DNA of 64,000 bases. Source: an uncultured Verrucomicrobiae bacterium. Its GTDB lineage: Bacteria > Verrucomicrobiota > Verrucomicrobiia > Chthoniobacterales > JAFAMB01. Position numbers and translations under genes: made by a program. The notes beneath the pieces are model-generated. The model saw only the letters and a list, made by a program, of their open reading frames with translations. It was not told the origin of the DNA and searched no databases. This document shows, piece after piece, positions 37,839-47,973 of the stretch; position 1 is the stretch's first letter, and every line of letters starts with the position of its first letter. The DNA is taken from assembly GCA_963837955.1 (NCBI GenBank), contig CAWIPH010000002.1:384001-448000 (forward strand), in the 5' to 3' direction.

Positions 37839-40670
37839 CTATTCTTCGCTTTCGACCGTGTGAAAGACGGCGAAGGGCAGCTCACCCAAGCTTGCCAGCG
37901 GGATCTGATCAATTCCCTTCTTCAAGGTTCGCTTGCTGAATAGATCTTGCATAGCGGGCAGCGATTCGTCGATCAGCAGTTGAGTGTCACCCCAGTCCGG
38001 AACTTCACCCGGCTTGCCGAGCTTTGTCGTGAGACGCGGTACGATAACCAGTACCGATTTCTCTTCGAGTCGCCGCAGAAAGGCTACACAGCAATCTTTC
38101 TTACTTCCAGTCGCGTACAGAGAGGAATATGTGCCGGACTGAAAAAGCTTCGGTTCCTGGCGGCGGAACTGCAGCAGGCGATGGATAATCGCGAGCTTGA
38201 TGAAGCCTCCTTTCCACTCCTTGAACAGGTGAGAGATGTCGCTTTCTTCGGCTTGGGCAAGAGCATTTTTCCGAATTGCGTAGTCGACTGGGTCGCGGTT
38301 GTCTGGGTCCACCAGTCGCAAATCCCAAAGTTCTGAGCCCTGAAAGAAGTCAGGGACGCCCGGACAAGTCAATTTGAGGATCGTTTGAGTCAGCGAATTT
38401 AGCATCCCATACCACGCCACTTTTTCGGCTGCGGTAAGCAGTGAGGAAGAGAGGGGACTCTTCGGTTGCAAAGTTTCTTTAACGAAGTGGTTGACCGCGT
38501 TCTCCCAGTCTTCGTTGGGCTGAATCCAGCTACTGTTTACCTTGGCTTCCTTGATTGCTTTCACCATGTAGCGCTGAATACGGGCGACATAGACGTCGTG
38601 GTCTTGGCTTTGGTCAACAGGCCAGGTCCCGAGCAATGTTTGGTAATACAGGTATTCCTCGTTGGCGCTGGGGGCGGTCTCGCCCTCTAGATCAGTTCGG
38701 GCGTGCGCGGTTAATTTGCGCCATCTCTTCAGCCAGACTTCCCATTCATCCGGGATCTCGCTGAGAACCGCGATGCGGGCTCGCACGTCCTCGCTTCGTT
38801 TGGTGTCGTGCGTTGTCAATGTGAGCAGGGTATGAGGAGTCTCGGCCAAGCGAAGTCGATTTCGCTCATGAAAATGTTCAATCGATATACCGAACTGTCT
38901 CGGGTTGCCGCCGACTTCGTTCAGGGTTGTGAGCCGGTTAAAGATGTAGAACGCAGTGTCTTCCAGCCCCTTGGCCATGATTGGGCCTGTGCATTGCTGG
39001 AACTTGTAAACGAACTCGAGCTGAAGCTCTCGGAAAGTCGGGTCAACACGCTCAAACGGTTCGAGTAGCAGAACGCTGCGAAGAAAATCAAAAATAGAGG
39101 TTTCGATGGCTGCATTCCGTCGCTTGGCAGCTCGCACTGCGCGTAGAATGACCAATCGATCGGTTTCTGAAACTCCAGTCTCGGCATTTATGTAGGTGCG
39201 ATAGACAGGAAAACAGGCGATCAATTCGCGCACCACGCCACTCAGTGAATCGAGGGTGAAATCGCGATGCATGCGGTCCCGCTCCGCCAATCCACTGAGG
39301 AGATGTCCCAGCGATTCCACGTCGCTGGACAGAGTGACGTCCATGACCAGTTTCTTTTTCTCGTAAATCAACGATTCGAAGTGGACATAGCGATCGATGA
39401 AATCTCGATAAATTCGAGAAAATCGATCGGCATGGCTGGCGTCCACCAGGAGTTGCGTGGCATCCGAGGCGAAATCGTAACCGGTCGTGCCGTGCACCGG
39501 CCAGTCGGTGCGCAGTCTTTCTTCTTCGGAAAGAATTTTTTCTACGATCAGATAAAAGCGACGGGTATTCGGGTCATCGTCAGTTTCCGATGGAGAAAGC
39601 GAACGGCGTTGCAACGCTTCCAAGTATTGCCTTGGATCATGTAATCCGTCCACATGATCGATGCGAACGCCCGTGACGATTCCGTCGTTCATCATTTGAA
39701 AAAGCCATTGGTGTATTGTCTCAAACACCTGTGGGTTTTCGACCTTGATCGCGGCCAGTTCATTGACGTCGAAGAATCGCCGGTAATTGATCTCTTCCGC
39801 AGCTACCCGCCAGTAGCTGAGGCGGTAGGCCTGGGAACTTAGGAGTTCATGCAATTCGTCAAATGACCTCGGATCGCCGACTCGACCCTCCAACTGATTG
39901 AGAGCGCCCTCGATAGCGTCACCAACTTGCGGGAATTCTGCGCAAAGCCGAGCGATCCGCCGCTTGACCACCTCTTTCTCGCGAGCTCGCTCACGTACCT
40001 TATCCTCAGTGATATCGGTGCGCGCCGGCAAATGTTCTAGCGAAGTCAGAATACTCTCCAACTCGAAGAACATGTCCTCGTCGCTGTAGCGAACTAATTT
40101 ATCGAGCGCGATCCTGAGGACCTGTGGGTAAGTGCGGGGATTGATAGGGAAGACGAAGTCATAGTAACAGACAAAAAACGCGCCCTCTCGGAACCGCAGA
40201 TTGAACTCGCCGCGTTCTAGGACTTTTCCGTATTGATCTCCCAGTACCGGGAGTAAAACCTTATTGCGCAGATTTTCTTTGATGGGATCCCAGTCAATGT
40301 CAAAAAATGCAGCGAACGCTGAGTTTGGCCCATTTTCGAGAACATCCATCCACCATTCGTTACTTGGATCGACGATCCCCATGTGGTTCGGCACGAAATC
40401 GACAATGTGACCCATGCCTCGATCATTAAGCATGGTAGTAAATGCCGCGAATTCTTGGGGCGTACCGATCGCCGGATTCAATTCATTGTGATTGGTCACG
40501 TCATATCCGTGAGTGCTGTCCGGACGTGACCGAAAGAAAGGCGAGCTGTAGATATCACTGATTCCCAAGCTTTCCAGGTAGGGAATGATTTCGCTCGCCT
40601 GATTGAACGTAAAGTTCCGATTGAGTTGCAATCGGTAGGTTGCTGTTGGAATGCGTGGTTGAGATGCCAT
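37839..40670 (-). CDS. treY: Malto-oligosyltrehalose synthase
   Basis: PTATYRLQ, STHGYDV, DFVPNHM, INYRRFFD, RIDHVDGL, VEKIL, THDTKRSED. Confidence 0.97.
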   Translation of the reverse strand: MASQPRIPTATYRLQLNRNFTFNQASEIIPYLESLGISDIYSSPFFRSRPDSTHGYDVTNHNELNPAIGTPQEFAAFTTMLNDRGMGHIVDFVPNHMGIVDPSNEWWMDVLENGPNSAFAAFFDIDWDPIKENLRNKVLLPVLGDQYGKVLERGEFNLRFREGAFFVCYYDFVFPINPRTYPQVLRIALDKLVRYSDEDMFFELESILTSLEHLPARTDITEDKVRERAREKEVVKRRIARLCAEFPQVGDAIEGALNQLEGRVGDPRSFDELHELLSSQAYRLSYWRVAAEEINYRRFFDVNELAAIKVENPQVFETIHQWLFQMMNDGIVTGVRIDHVDGLHDPRQYLEALQRRSLSPSETDDDPNTRRFYLIVEKILSEEERLRTDWPVHGTTGYDFASDATQLLVDASHADRFSRIYRDFIDRYVHFESLIYEKKKLVMDVTLSSDVESLGHLLSGLAERDRMHRDFTLDSLSGVVRELIACFPVYRTYINAETGVSETDRLVILRAVRAAKRRNAAIETSIFDFLRSVLLLEPFERVDPTFRELQLEFVYKFQQCTGPIMAKGLEDTAFYIFNRLTTLNEVGGNPRQFGISIEHFHERNRLRLAETPHTLLTLTTHDTKRSEDVRARIAVLSEIPDEWEVWLKRWRKLTAHARTDLEGETAPSANEEYLYYQTLLGTWPVDQSQDHDVYVARIQRYMVKAIKEAKVNSSWIQPNEDWENAVNHFVKETLQPKSPLSSSLLTAAEKVAWYGMLNSLTQTILKLTCPGVPDFFQGSELWDLRLVDPDNRDPVDYAIRKNALAQAEESDISHLFKEWKGGFIKLAIIHRLLQFRRQEPKLFQSGTYSSLYATGSKKDCCVAFLRRLEEKSVLVIVPRLTTKLGKPGEVPDWGDTQLLIDESLPAMQDLFSKRTLKKGIDQIPLASLGELPFAVFHTVESEE

Positions 40671-40688
40671 TTCCGGGTACCGCTGTTA

Positions 40689-42548
40689 TCAGCGCTCGCC
40701 TTCCTCTAAGAAGACGATCGTCTCGGGTTGATTGAGCGAAAACTCTTTTTTCTTTGGATCATATAAACCGGGTTGTTCGCCGCCGTAGATCGGTTGGTTC
40801 GAGGAAATCGCAAATTGCCAACCGGAGCCTTTTCGCGGACGTAACACGACGGCTTCCGCACCGACAATCGTTTGGGTCGAGACCAGTTGGATCAGCACAA
40901 GAGCCGCGCCGCTCCCGGGGACAGAATGGTACCTGAGTGCCAGGGTAAACGGAGCGACGAGCTCGACCTGCCAAGTGCCTCGACGACGTTCCACTAACTT
41001 GGTCCGACGAAACCGGATGAGGTCTTGATACAGACGCAGAAGCCAAGCCTTTTCCGGACTTGTTACTTCGCTCCAGACGAGTTTGGACTTGAGAAAGGTT
41101 TCTTTCGCTTGAGGATCGGGAATCCTCTGTCGGCTTTCGGGATCCCGAAACGCGGAAAACTGCTTGAACTCTTTTCGCCTTCCTTCGGTAATATTGTGCC
41201 CTAGTTGGGGCTCATGATCGGTAAAGTAGCAAAATGGGGATGAGCATCCCCATTCTTGCCCCATGAAAAGCATCGGAGTGTAGGGCGACAGAAGGAGCAG
41301 AGCCGACGCTGATCGATAAGCCTCCGGACTAACAATTTGATGTAGCCGATCTCCAAACGCTCGATTACCCACCTGGTCGTGGTTCGAAATACAATGCACG
41401 AAATGTTGGGGCTCGATCTGTGCCCCGGGCGTTCCCCGAGGGATTCCATCCTTTTGGATCTGCCCGGTAAACAGCCAGCCTTCTCGCATGGTCCGGAGAA
41501 GTTCTTCCGGCGTGCCCTCGAAGTAACCGATATAACCCTCATCTTCGCCCGTCAGCTGTACGCGAACCACATGATGGAAATCGTCGGCCCACACCGCGTC
41601 GCAGCCGTACCCGCCCTTTTCTCTCGGGGTTACGATTAGTCGCTCATTGCGTGGATCCTCACAGATTACGACACCGCCGCGTTTTTGTGTTTCTTCGGTG
41701 ATTTCCTGGATCAAGTGTTTGCTGGACTCATCCGGAATGGCGTGAGTGGCATCCAGGCGAAAACCGTCAAAATGAAATTCTTCCAGCCAATAAATCGCGT
41801 TTTCGATAAAGAGCCGGCGAACGACGCCAGAGTCAATCTCGTCAAAATTGAATGCCGCACCCCAAGGTGTGTGATGCGTGGAATTGTAATAGTTCGGCGA
41901 GTAGTCGCCGAGATAGTTTCCGTCTGGGCCGAGGTGGTTGTAGACGGCATCCAAGACAACCGATAGTCCAGCTTGATGTGCTGCGTTTATCAAGTAACGG
42001 AGATCGTCGGGCGTGCCGTACGAATGACACGGGGCGTAAAGGGCTACTCCATCGTACCCCCAGTTCCTGGTTCCCGGAAAATCTGCGATCGGCATCAGCT
42101 CGACAACAGTAATGCCGAGTCGAATCAGATGATCGAAATGATCGATGATCGCAAGGTAGCTGCCTAGTGACGTGAACGTGCCGACATGCAATTCATAGAT
42201 GACCCAATCGTTGATATCGGGGCGACGCCATCCTTGGTCTGTCCAATGAAAAGTTGAGGGATCGATAATCTGAGAAGGACCGTGCACGCCGAGCGGCTGG
42301 AATCGGGAGGCAGGATCAGGAAATAGGCGACCGTCCAGCCGGTACTGATACAACATCCCGGCCGAGGCTTCTCCGGTTTCTAGCAGATAGTAGCCATCCG
42401 CGTCTTTAGTCATCGGTAGCGTTCTTAACAGATTAGCCCGGTCATCCATCAGGACGACTTCGACCATCGATTTATTAATCGCCCAAGTCCGGAATGAAAC
42501 GCCGCTTCCGATCAACTCAGCGCCTTGCGAGTAGGTCCTATTTTTCAT
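40689..42548 (-). CDS. treZ: Malto-oligosyltrehalose trehalohydrolase
   Basis: PDPASRFQP.GVHGPS, YELHVGTF, RNWGYDG, RLDATH, WADDFHH, NHDQVGNR. Confidence 0.96.
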   Translation of the reverse strand: MKNRTYSQGAELIGSGVSFRTWAINKSMVEVVLMDDRANLLRTLPMTKDADGYYLLETGEASAGMLYQYRLDGRLFPDPASRFQPLGVHGPSQIIDPSTFHWTDQGWRRPDINDWVIYELHVGTFTSLGSYLAIIDHFDHLIRLGITVVELMPIADFPGTRNWGYDGVALYAPCHSYGTPDDLRYLINAAHQAGLSVVLDAVYNHLGPDGNYLGDYSPNYYNSTHHTPWGAAFNFDEIDSGVVRRLFIENAIYWLEEFHFDGFRLDATHAIPDESSKHLIQEITEETQKRGGVVICEDPRNERLIVTPREKGGYGCDAVWADDFHHVVRVQLTGEDEGYIGYFEGTPEELLRTMREGWLFTGQIQKDGIPRGTPGAQIEPQHFVHCISNHDQVGNRAFGDRLHQIVSPEAYRSASALLLLSPYTPMLFMGQEWGCSSPFCYFTDHEPQLGHNITEGRRKEFKQFSAFRDPESRQRIPDPQAKETFLKSKLVWSEVTSPEKAWLLRLYQDLIRFRRTKLVERRRGTWQVELVAPFTLALRYHSVPGSGAALVLIQLVSTQTIVGAEAVVLRPRKGSGWQFAISSNQPIYGGEQPGLYDPKKKEFSLNQPETIVFLEEGER

Positions 42549-42554
42549 CTACTT

Positions 42555-44774
42555 TTATGTTTCCCGTTTAGTCGGAATCTTGGATGGCATCTTGCCCTCT
42601 CGCGTACTCTTCGATTCCTCATGTGCAAATGGTTCTGCACCTTCTGAAAGCCTCAGCAGACGTAGACTACGCTCGGTCAACTCAATTTCTTCACTTGCCG
42701 GAGTGATTTCGCCTTCCTCCACAAATCCAGTCGGCACGGTCGTATTGATGACAGTCTGCCACCGAATTTCGTCGCGACCGGGCAATATGAAGGTCAACGG
42801 TTCATAGTGAGCATTCAATAGGAGCAGAAAGGTATCATCCTGCACCGGCTCTCCTTCCACATCGCGGACGTCCCGAGTTGAGCCGCTGACGAGCATGCCA
42901 AGACATTTAGCGAACCCATTGGTCCAATCTGCCTCCGTCATTTCTGCACCGTTCGGGTTGAACCAGGTGATATCTTTCACATCTGACCCGCGGATTCTTT
43001 TTCCGGCGAAATATTTGGGGCGTCGAAAGACGGCATGGTCTCGCCGAAATTCAGTGAGCTTGCGGGTAAACTCAAAAAGCGTTTCCTGCTCCGGAGTCCA
43101 CTTCCAGTTGAACCACGATATTTCGTTGTCTTGGCAATAGGCATTATTGTTGCCTTGCTGAGTTCGGCTAAACTCATCGCCCCCATTGATCATTGGGACT
43201 CCTTGCGACAGTAGAAGTGTCGCTAAGAAATTTCGTTTTTGACGCTCGCGCAGATCTTTTATTTTTGGATCATCGGTTGGCCCTTCGACGCCGCAGTTCC
43301 ATGAGTTGTTATTATTGTCGCCGTCCCGGTTTCCTTCGCCGTTGGCTTCGTTATGTTTGTCATTGTAGCTCACGAGATCATTCAGCGTAAAACCGTCGTG
43401 CGCCGTGACGAAGTTGATGCTCGCGTACGGTCTTTTTCCTTGATGTTCGTACAGATCAGGGCTTCCGGTGATGCGATAACCTAGCTCAGCTAGAGTCCCG
43501 TCGTCCCCTTTCCAATATCGGCGCACGCAGTCCCGATATTTGCCGTTCCACTCGGACCAAGGGATCGGAAATCCGCCTACCATGTATCCCCCTTCGCCGA
43601 GATCCCAAGGTTCGCTGATGAGTTTTACTTGGGATAAGAGCGGGTCCTGAAGAAGGATGTCGAAGAAGCCCGCGTTCCGCGAGAAAAGATGCTCTTCGCG
43701 TCCCAAGGTCGTGGCGAGGTCGAAACGAAAACCGTCAACGTGCATTTCGCTCACCCAGTAACGTAAGCTGTCCATGATGAGCTGCAAAATGCGGGCATTT
43801 TGAGTGTTGGGTGTGTTACCGCAGCCGGTATAATCCATGTAGTAGCGCGGGTTTCCGCTGACCAACCGGTAGTAGGCCGCATTATCAATTCCTTTGAAGC
43901 TGAGGGTCGGACCCAGATGATTGCCTTCGGCAGTGTGGTTGTAAACGACGTCGAGAATCAACTCGATCCCAGCCCGGTGGAGCTCTCGCACCATCGACTT
44001 AAACTCGTTCACCTGTTCACCCGTTACTCCCTGGCTGGAATAGCTGCTTTCCGGAGCGAAAAATCCGAGAGTGTTGTATCCCCAATAATTTGTGACCCCA
44101 CGATCCAACAGAAAGCCTTCGTCACAATGCTCATGAACGGGTAGCAACTCGACCGCTGTCACACCTAGCTTTTTCAGGTAGCTGATCGCAGCCGGCGAAG
44201 AAATACCGGAGTAGCTTCCGCGGGCTTCTTTAGGAACCGCCTCCCACAGTTTCGTGAATCCGACCACGTGCACCTCGTAAATAACGGAGTTCGCCAGCGG
44301 GATGCGCAGAGGTTTGTCGTCCTTCCAATCAAACGCTGGTTCAGTGACCACACATTTCGGCATCTGTGCGACATCATCCTGATAATCGCGCTTCAGATCT
44401 TCCGCAGGGTTGCCTAGGGGGTAAGCGAACACTTCGGGCCCCCAGATTACTTTTCCGGCAATTGCCGTGGCGTACGGGTCAACCACGACCTTGGAAGCAT
44501 TAAAACGGTGACCTTCCTGGGGAGCGTACGGTCCATAAACTCGGTAGCTGTAAAGTTGGCCGGGTCGAGCGTCCGGGAGAAATGCATGCCAAACATGATC
44601 GGTCTTTTCCCGTAAACGGATTCGGATATTCTCCCGGTCCGCATCTGGTTCATCGAAGAGGCAGAGATCTATTCCCGTGGCGTTTTCGGAGTAGATAGCG
44701 AAGTTGACACCGATTCCGGTCCACGTTGCTCCGAGGGGGTAAGGTACCCCAGTCCAGACCCGCATCTTGATCAT
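42555..44774 (-). CDS. glgX: Glycogen debranching enzyme (isoamylase, GlgX/TreX)
   Basis: PYPLGAT, NYWGY, DVVYNHT, DGFRFDLA, EPWD, HDGFTL.D, QGNNNAYCQDN; start about 44774. Confidence 0.97.
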   Translation of the reverse strand: MIKMRVWTGVPYPLGATWTGIGVNFAIYSENATGIDLCLFDEPDADRENIRIRLREKTDHVWHAFLPDARPGQLYSYRVYGPYAPQEGHRFNASKVVVDPYATAIAGKVIWGPEVFAYPLGNPAEDLKRDYQDDVAQMPKCVVTEPAFDWKDDKPLRIPLANSVIYEVHVVGFTKLWEAVPKEARGSYSGISSPAAISYLKKLGVTAVELLPVHEHCDEGFLLDRGVTNYWGYNTLGFFAPESSYSSQGVTGEQVNEFKSMVRELHRAGIELILDVVYNHTAEGNHLGPTLSFKGIDNAAYYRLVSGNPRYYMDYTGCGNTPNTQNARILQLIMDSLRYWVSEMHVDGFRFDLATTLGREEHLFSRNAGFFDILLQDPLLSQVKLISEPWDLGEGGYMVGGFPIPWSEWNGKYRDCVRRYWKGDDGTLAELGYRITGSPDLYEHQGKRPYASINFVTAHDGFTLNDLVSYNDKHNEANGEGNRDGDNNNNSWNCGVEGPTDDPKIKDLRERQKRNFLATLLLSQGVPMINGGDEFSRTQQGNNNAYCQDNEISWFNWKWTPEQETLFEFTRKLTEFRRDHAVFRRPKYFAGKRIRGSDVKDITWFNPNGAEMTEADWTNGFAKCLGMLVSGSTRDVRDVEGEPVQDDTFLLLLNAHYEPLTFILPGRDEIRWQTVINTTVPTGFVEEGEITPASEEIELTERSLRLLRLSEGAEPFAHEESKSTREGKMPSKIPTKRET

Positions 44775-44813
44775 ACTCACCGTACCCGTTACGGAGGACC
44801 TATGGCTTGTCGA

Positions 44814-44992
44814 CAAGAAAAGAGTCCGCTCTGGGCGGGAACCCGCGATCTCTGGGTCCGAATATCCGTATTCCGTAGCGGCGACCGTTCACTTAGGTCC
44901 CTGATCCAGATGGGTTTACCAGGCTTGCGCGAAGCAATCGGCCCGCCCGGTCCCAAAGGGCAGTGGCCGTCTTTTGCGCCTGGGCCCCCCAT
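44814..44992. ncRNA. Candidate structured RNA / leader upstream of glgX
   Basis: Nearly fully paired: two multibranch domains plus two hairpins, ending on the minus strand in a hairpin and U-tract; no family recognised. Confidence 0.35.
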
Positions 44993-45301
44993 GCGCGTTA
45001 ACATAAGAAGAAGGATATGCGCCGAGAGGGTCGTCCCGGAGGGACTCAATGAAAGTAGCCCAGTACGAAGTGCTGGGAAATAGTGCAAAAGAGACGTCCG
45101 TCCCGGACGGGACGAAAGAAGTATTTTTGGCTCCTGGTCCTCTCGTATGCAGCTCAGCAGCGTCACCAACCGTCGATCGTCCCGTTCGGGACGGGTCGTT
45201 TTTTTGAACCCTACCCCAGCACTTTGTACTGGGCTACTTTCATTGAGTCCCTCTGGGACCTATCCGCTGCGTTACTTCTGAGCCCTCTGTTGCCGCGCAT
45301 G
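44990..45301. repeat. Palindromic MITE/REPIN-like element, copy 1 (gtccc-N-gggac family)
   Basis: gtcccggagggactcaatgaaagtagcccagtac ... gtactgggctactttcattgagtccctctgggac; outer IR catgcgcg..aaca; related copy at 58551-58860. Confidence 0.85.
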
Positions 45302-45391
45302 CGCGGCGGCCCACCCGCTCGCGAAATAGGCAGGCTGCGGACAAATCGCTGGCTCAATCACTCGAAACCGCTTTAGTCATATCGCTTTAAC

Positions 45392-46783
45392 ATGGAGAAG
45401 AATGAACAGCTCGTAGAAAGCAAGATGAAGGAGGCTGGTATCAGCGCTGCTGCCATCGATGCTTTTCTCTTTCAATACCGTAAGCTGCTCCGGCATGACA
45501 CTGGATTGATTTCGGAAGACTCTATTTCGCCGGTAGGACAACTGCCGCGCTCGGATGATTTCCCTCGGTCCAGCGTTCCTAAGGAACTGTTGGCCGCGAC
45601 CGGTATCTGCAAACTGAACGGAGGTCTGGGGACCAGCATGGGACTGGAACGAGCAAAGAGTCTGCTACAGGTTCGTCCAGGCCTCACTTTTTTGGATGTA
45701 ATTGTTCGTCAGTTTCTGCAGACGCGTTCGGAGCATTCGACTGAGCTTGGACTTTTTTTCATGAACAGCTTCAACACAAGCGCGGACACCAAGAACGCGC
45801 TCGCTTGCTACCCGGAACTGGGTGGCCCCGGAACCATGGAGCTCCTGCAAAGCAAGGCGCCAAAGATCGATGCTCAGACATTGTCGCCCGCCGCTTGGCC
45901 AAAAAATCCGCAATTGGAATGGTGTCCACCAGGACATGGAGACATTTACCCGTCTCTGCTCGGCTCAGGTCTCTTGAAATCGCTGTTGGACGAGGGCAAG
46001 AAATTTTTGTTTGTTTCGAATTCCGATAATCTCGGAGCAACGCTTGATTTACGCATCTTGCAGTATTTCGCAGATTCTGGAGCCTCTTTCCTGATGGAAG
46101 TGACCCGCAGAACCGCTGCCGATCGCAAAGGAGGCCACCTGGCAAGAAGGAATCGAGATGGACGCCTGCTTCTGCGTGAGTCCGCGCAATGCCACCAAGA
46201 GGACGAAGCTGCATTCCAGAATATCGAGCGGCACAGATTTTTTAACACGAATAACCTTTGGATCCACTTAGAAGCTCTTCGAGACGCGCTCGCTGTCTGC
46301 AACGGATTTATACCGTTACCGATGATTCGGAATCAAAAAAATATCGATCCGCGAGACAAAACCTCGCCAAAGGTATATCAACTCGAAACCGCAATGGGCG
46401 CTGCGATCGAATGCTTTGCCGGCGCAGGGGCGATTGAAGTGCCTCGATCGCGCTTTGCACCGGTCAAGACTACCGGAGACTTGTTAGCGGTCCGCTCCGA
46501 TGCCTACGAGCTGGATGCTCAATGGCGTTTGCAGGTTCGACCTGAGCGACGAGGACAGCCACCGGTCATCCATTTATCGGAAGAATATAAATTAGTCGAT
46601 CACCTCGAGAAATTAGTGGCGGAAGGAGTGCCTTCCCTAAACCGTTGTCGCTCGCTCAAAATCGAGGGTCGTTGGAAATTCCACCCGGGCGTCGAATTAG
46701 TCGGAGACGTTTCTTTCGTGAACCATGATGCCGAGACCCGCTGGATTGAGTCGGGCACGTACGCCGATCGCGAGGTGAGGTAA
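45392..46783 (+). CDS. UTP--glucose-1-phosphate uridylyltransferase, eukaryote-like UDPGP family
   Basis: KLNGGLGTSMG..AKS, MNSFNT, WCPPGHG, SNSDNLGA, KGGHL, FNTNN, QLETAMG, RF.PVKT. Confidence 0.95.
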   Translation: MEKNEQLVESKMKEAGISAAAIDAFLFQYRKLLRHDTGLISEDSISPVGQLPRSDDFPRSSVPKELLAATGICKLNGGLGTSMGLERAKSLLQVRPGLTFLDVIVRQFLQTRSEHSTELGLFFMNSFNTSADTKNALACYPELGGPGTMELLQSKAPKIDAQTLSPAAWPKNPQLEWCPPGHGDIYPSLLGSGLLKSLLDEGKKFLFVSNSDNLGATLDLRILQYFADSGASFLMEVTRRTAADRKGGHLARRNRDGRLLLRESAQCHQEDEAAFQNIERHRFFNTNNLWIHLEALRDALAVCNGFIPLPMIRNQKNIDPRDKTSPKVYQLETAMGAAIECFAGAGAIEVPRSRFAPVKTTGDLLAVRSDAYELDAQWRLQVRPERRGQPPVIHLSEEYKLVDHLEKLVAEGVPSLNRCRSLKIEGRWKFHPGVELVGDVSFVNHDAETRWIESGTYADREVR

Positions 46784-46985
46784 GGCTTCATCGCAATCGT
46801 CCTCGGATGAGTGGAAAGAAGTATGTCGAAGGACGCGATCGAAGTGCATATCCGGCATTACCGCGTGCGCGATGGTGCATCAGCAGCAACACAGAAAATC
46901 GACGACGACGAGCACGATTGTGGTTGCGGCTCAGCCTCGCTGCGATCTTCCCAATCTTCGGCGCTAAACAGCTCGATTCGTCCAT

Positions 46986-47876
46986 ATGGCACCGATCATA
47001 GATAGCCATATTCACATGTATCCGTCGGAGGTCTTTGCTGATCCAATTTCTTGGGGCATGTCTCGGCGTGAGAACTGGTGGATCAAAGCGGTGGCACCGA
47101 CCGGGCGTAGGACGATACAGGGATGGGCGGATATTTCGCGCCTTCTAGCCGATATGGATAGAGCCGGCATCGAGCGTTGCGTGATGCTGGGCTGGTATTG
47201 GGAGCATCAGTCTACCTGTGACGAACAAAACGCTTGGTTTATCGACTGGGTGCGCGAACATCCGGACCGGCTATCGGGGTTCGCCACCGTCCAGCCCAGA
47301 GAGGGTCGGCAAGCGGTCGATGCTCTCCAACGTGCCTTGGATTCCGGTTTGTGCGGGATTGGAGAGATCTTACCGCAGGCCCAAGGATTCACTTTCGATG
47401 ATCCGCATTGGCAACGGGTTATCGGGATCGCTATCGAACGGAATTTGCCGATCAACCTCCATGTCACCGATCCTCTCGCGATCAGTGACGCGGTCACCAT
47501 GCCGACGCCGTTGCCGGACTACTTGCGGCTCGTCCAGCAGTTTCCGGCGGCCAAGTTCATCTTCGCGCACTGGGGTGGCGGGATTCCATTTTATGAGTTG
47601 AATCCGCGAGTTCGACCGTATTTGAAGAATGTCTGTTACGACACGGCGGCTTCTCCCTTGCTCTACGATCCGCGAATTTTTCGGCAAGTTATCGATTTGG
47701 TTGGCGCCGATCGGATCCTTTTCGGATCTGATTATCCTTTGCTGCTTTATCCGAGCCAGACGCGGGAACCGGCTTTCGATCGGTTTCTGAAAGAGATTGC
47801 GGCTGCCGATCTGAACGACGAAGAAAAGGACAAGATTTTGGGAGGCAACTTTGCCCGCTTCCTCGGCACGGTTTGA
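46986..47876 (+). CDS. Amidohydrolase family 2 protein
   Basis: IDSHIH, GIGE, LH, AHWGGG, ILFGSDYP. Confidence 0.92.
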   Translation: MAPIIDSHIHMYPSEVFADPISWGMSRRENWWIKAVAPTGRRTIQGWADISRLLADMDRAGIERCVMLGWYWEHQSTCDEQNAWFIDWVREHPDRLSGFATVQPREGRQAVDALQRALDSGLCGIGEILPQAQGFTFDDPHWQRVIGIAIERNLPINLHVTDPLAISDAVTMPTPLPDYLRLVQQFPAAKFIFAHWGGGIPFYELNPRVRPYLKNVCYDTAASPLLYDPRIFRQVIDLVGADRILFGSDYPLLLYPSQTREPAFDRFLKEIAAADLNDEEKDKILGGNFARFLGTV

Positions 47877-47973
47877 GCGGCGCGGCTCAAATAGATTTTT
47901 TGCGCTCCCACTCAGGGCCTGCTTGACGAGGATGCAACGCCGACGGTAGGGCGAACATTTCGCGTGAGCCAAT

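Noticed and set aside
44814..44992. Assignment to 6S, SRP, tmRNA, c-di-AMP, TPP or cobalamin RNA
   Set aside because: Only fragmentary resemblance; diagnostic motifs and a rod-like fold are missing, so it is left unassigned.
44789..45376. ORFs across the glgX-UGPase intergenic region
   Set aside because: Products of palindromic repeat and structured sequence.
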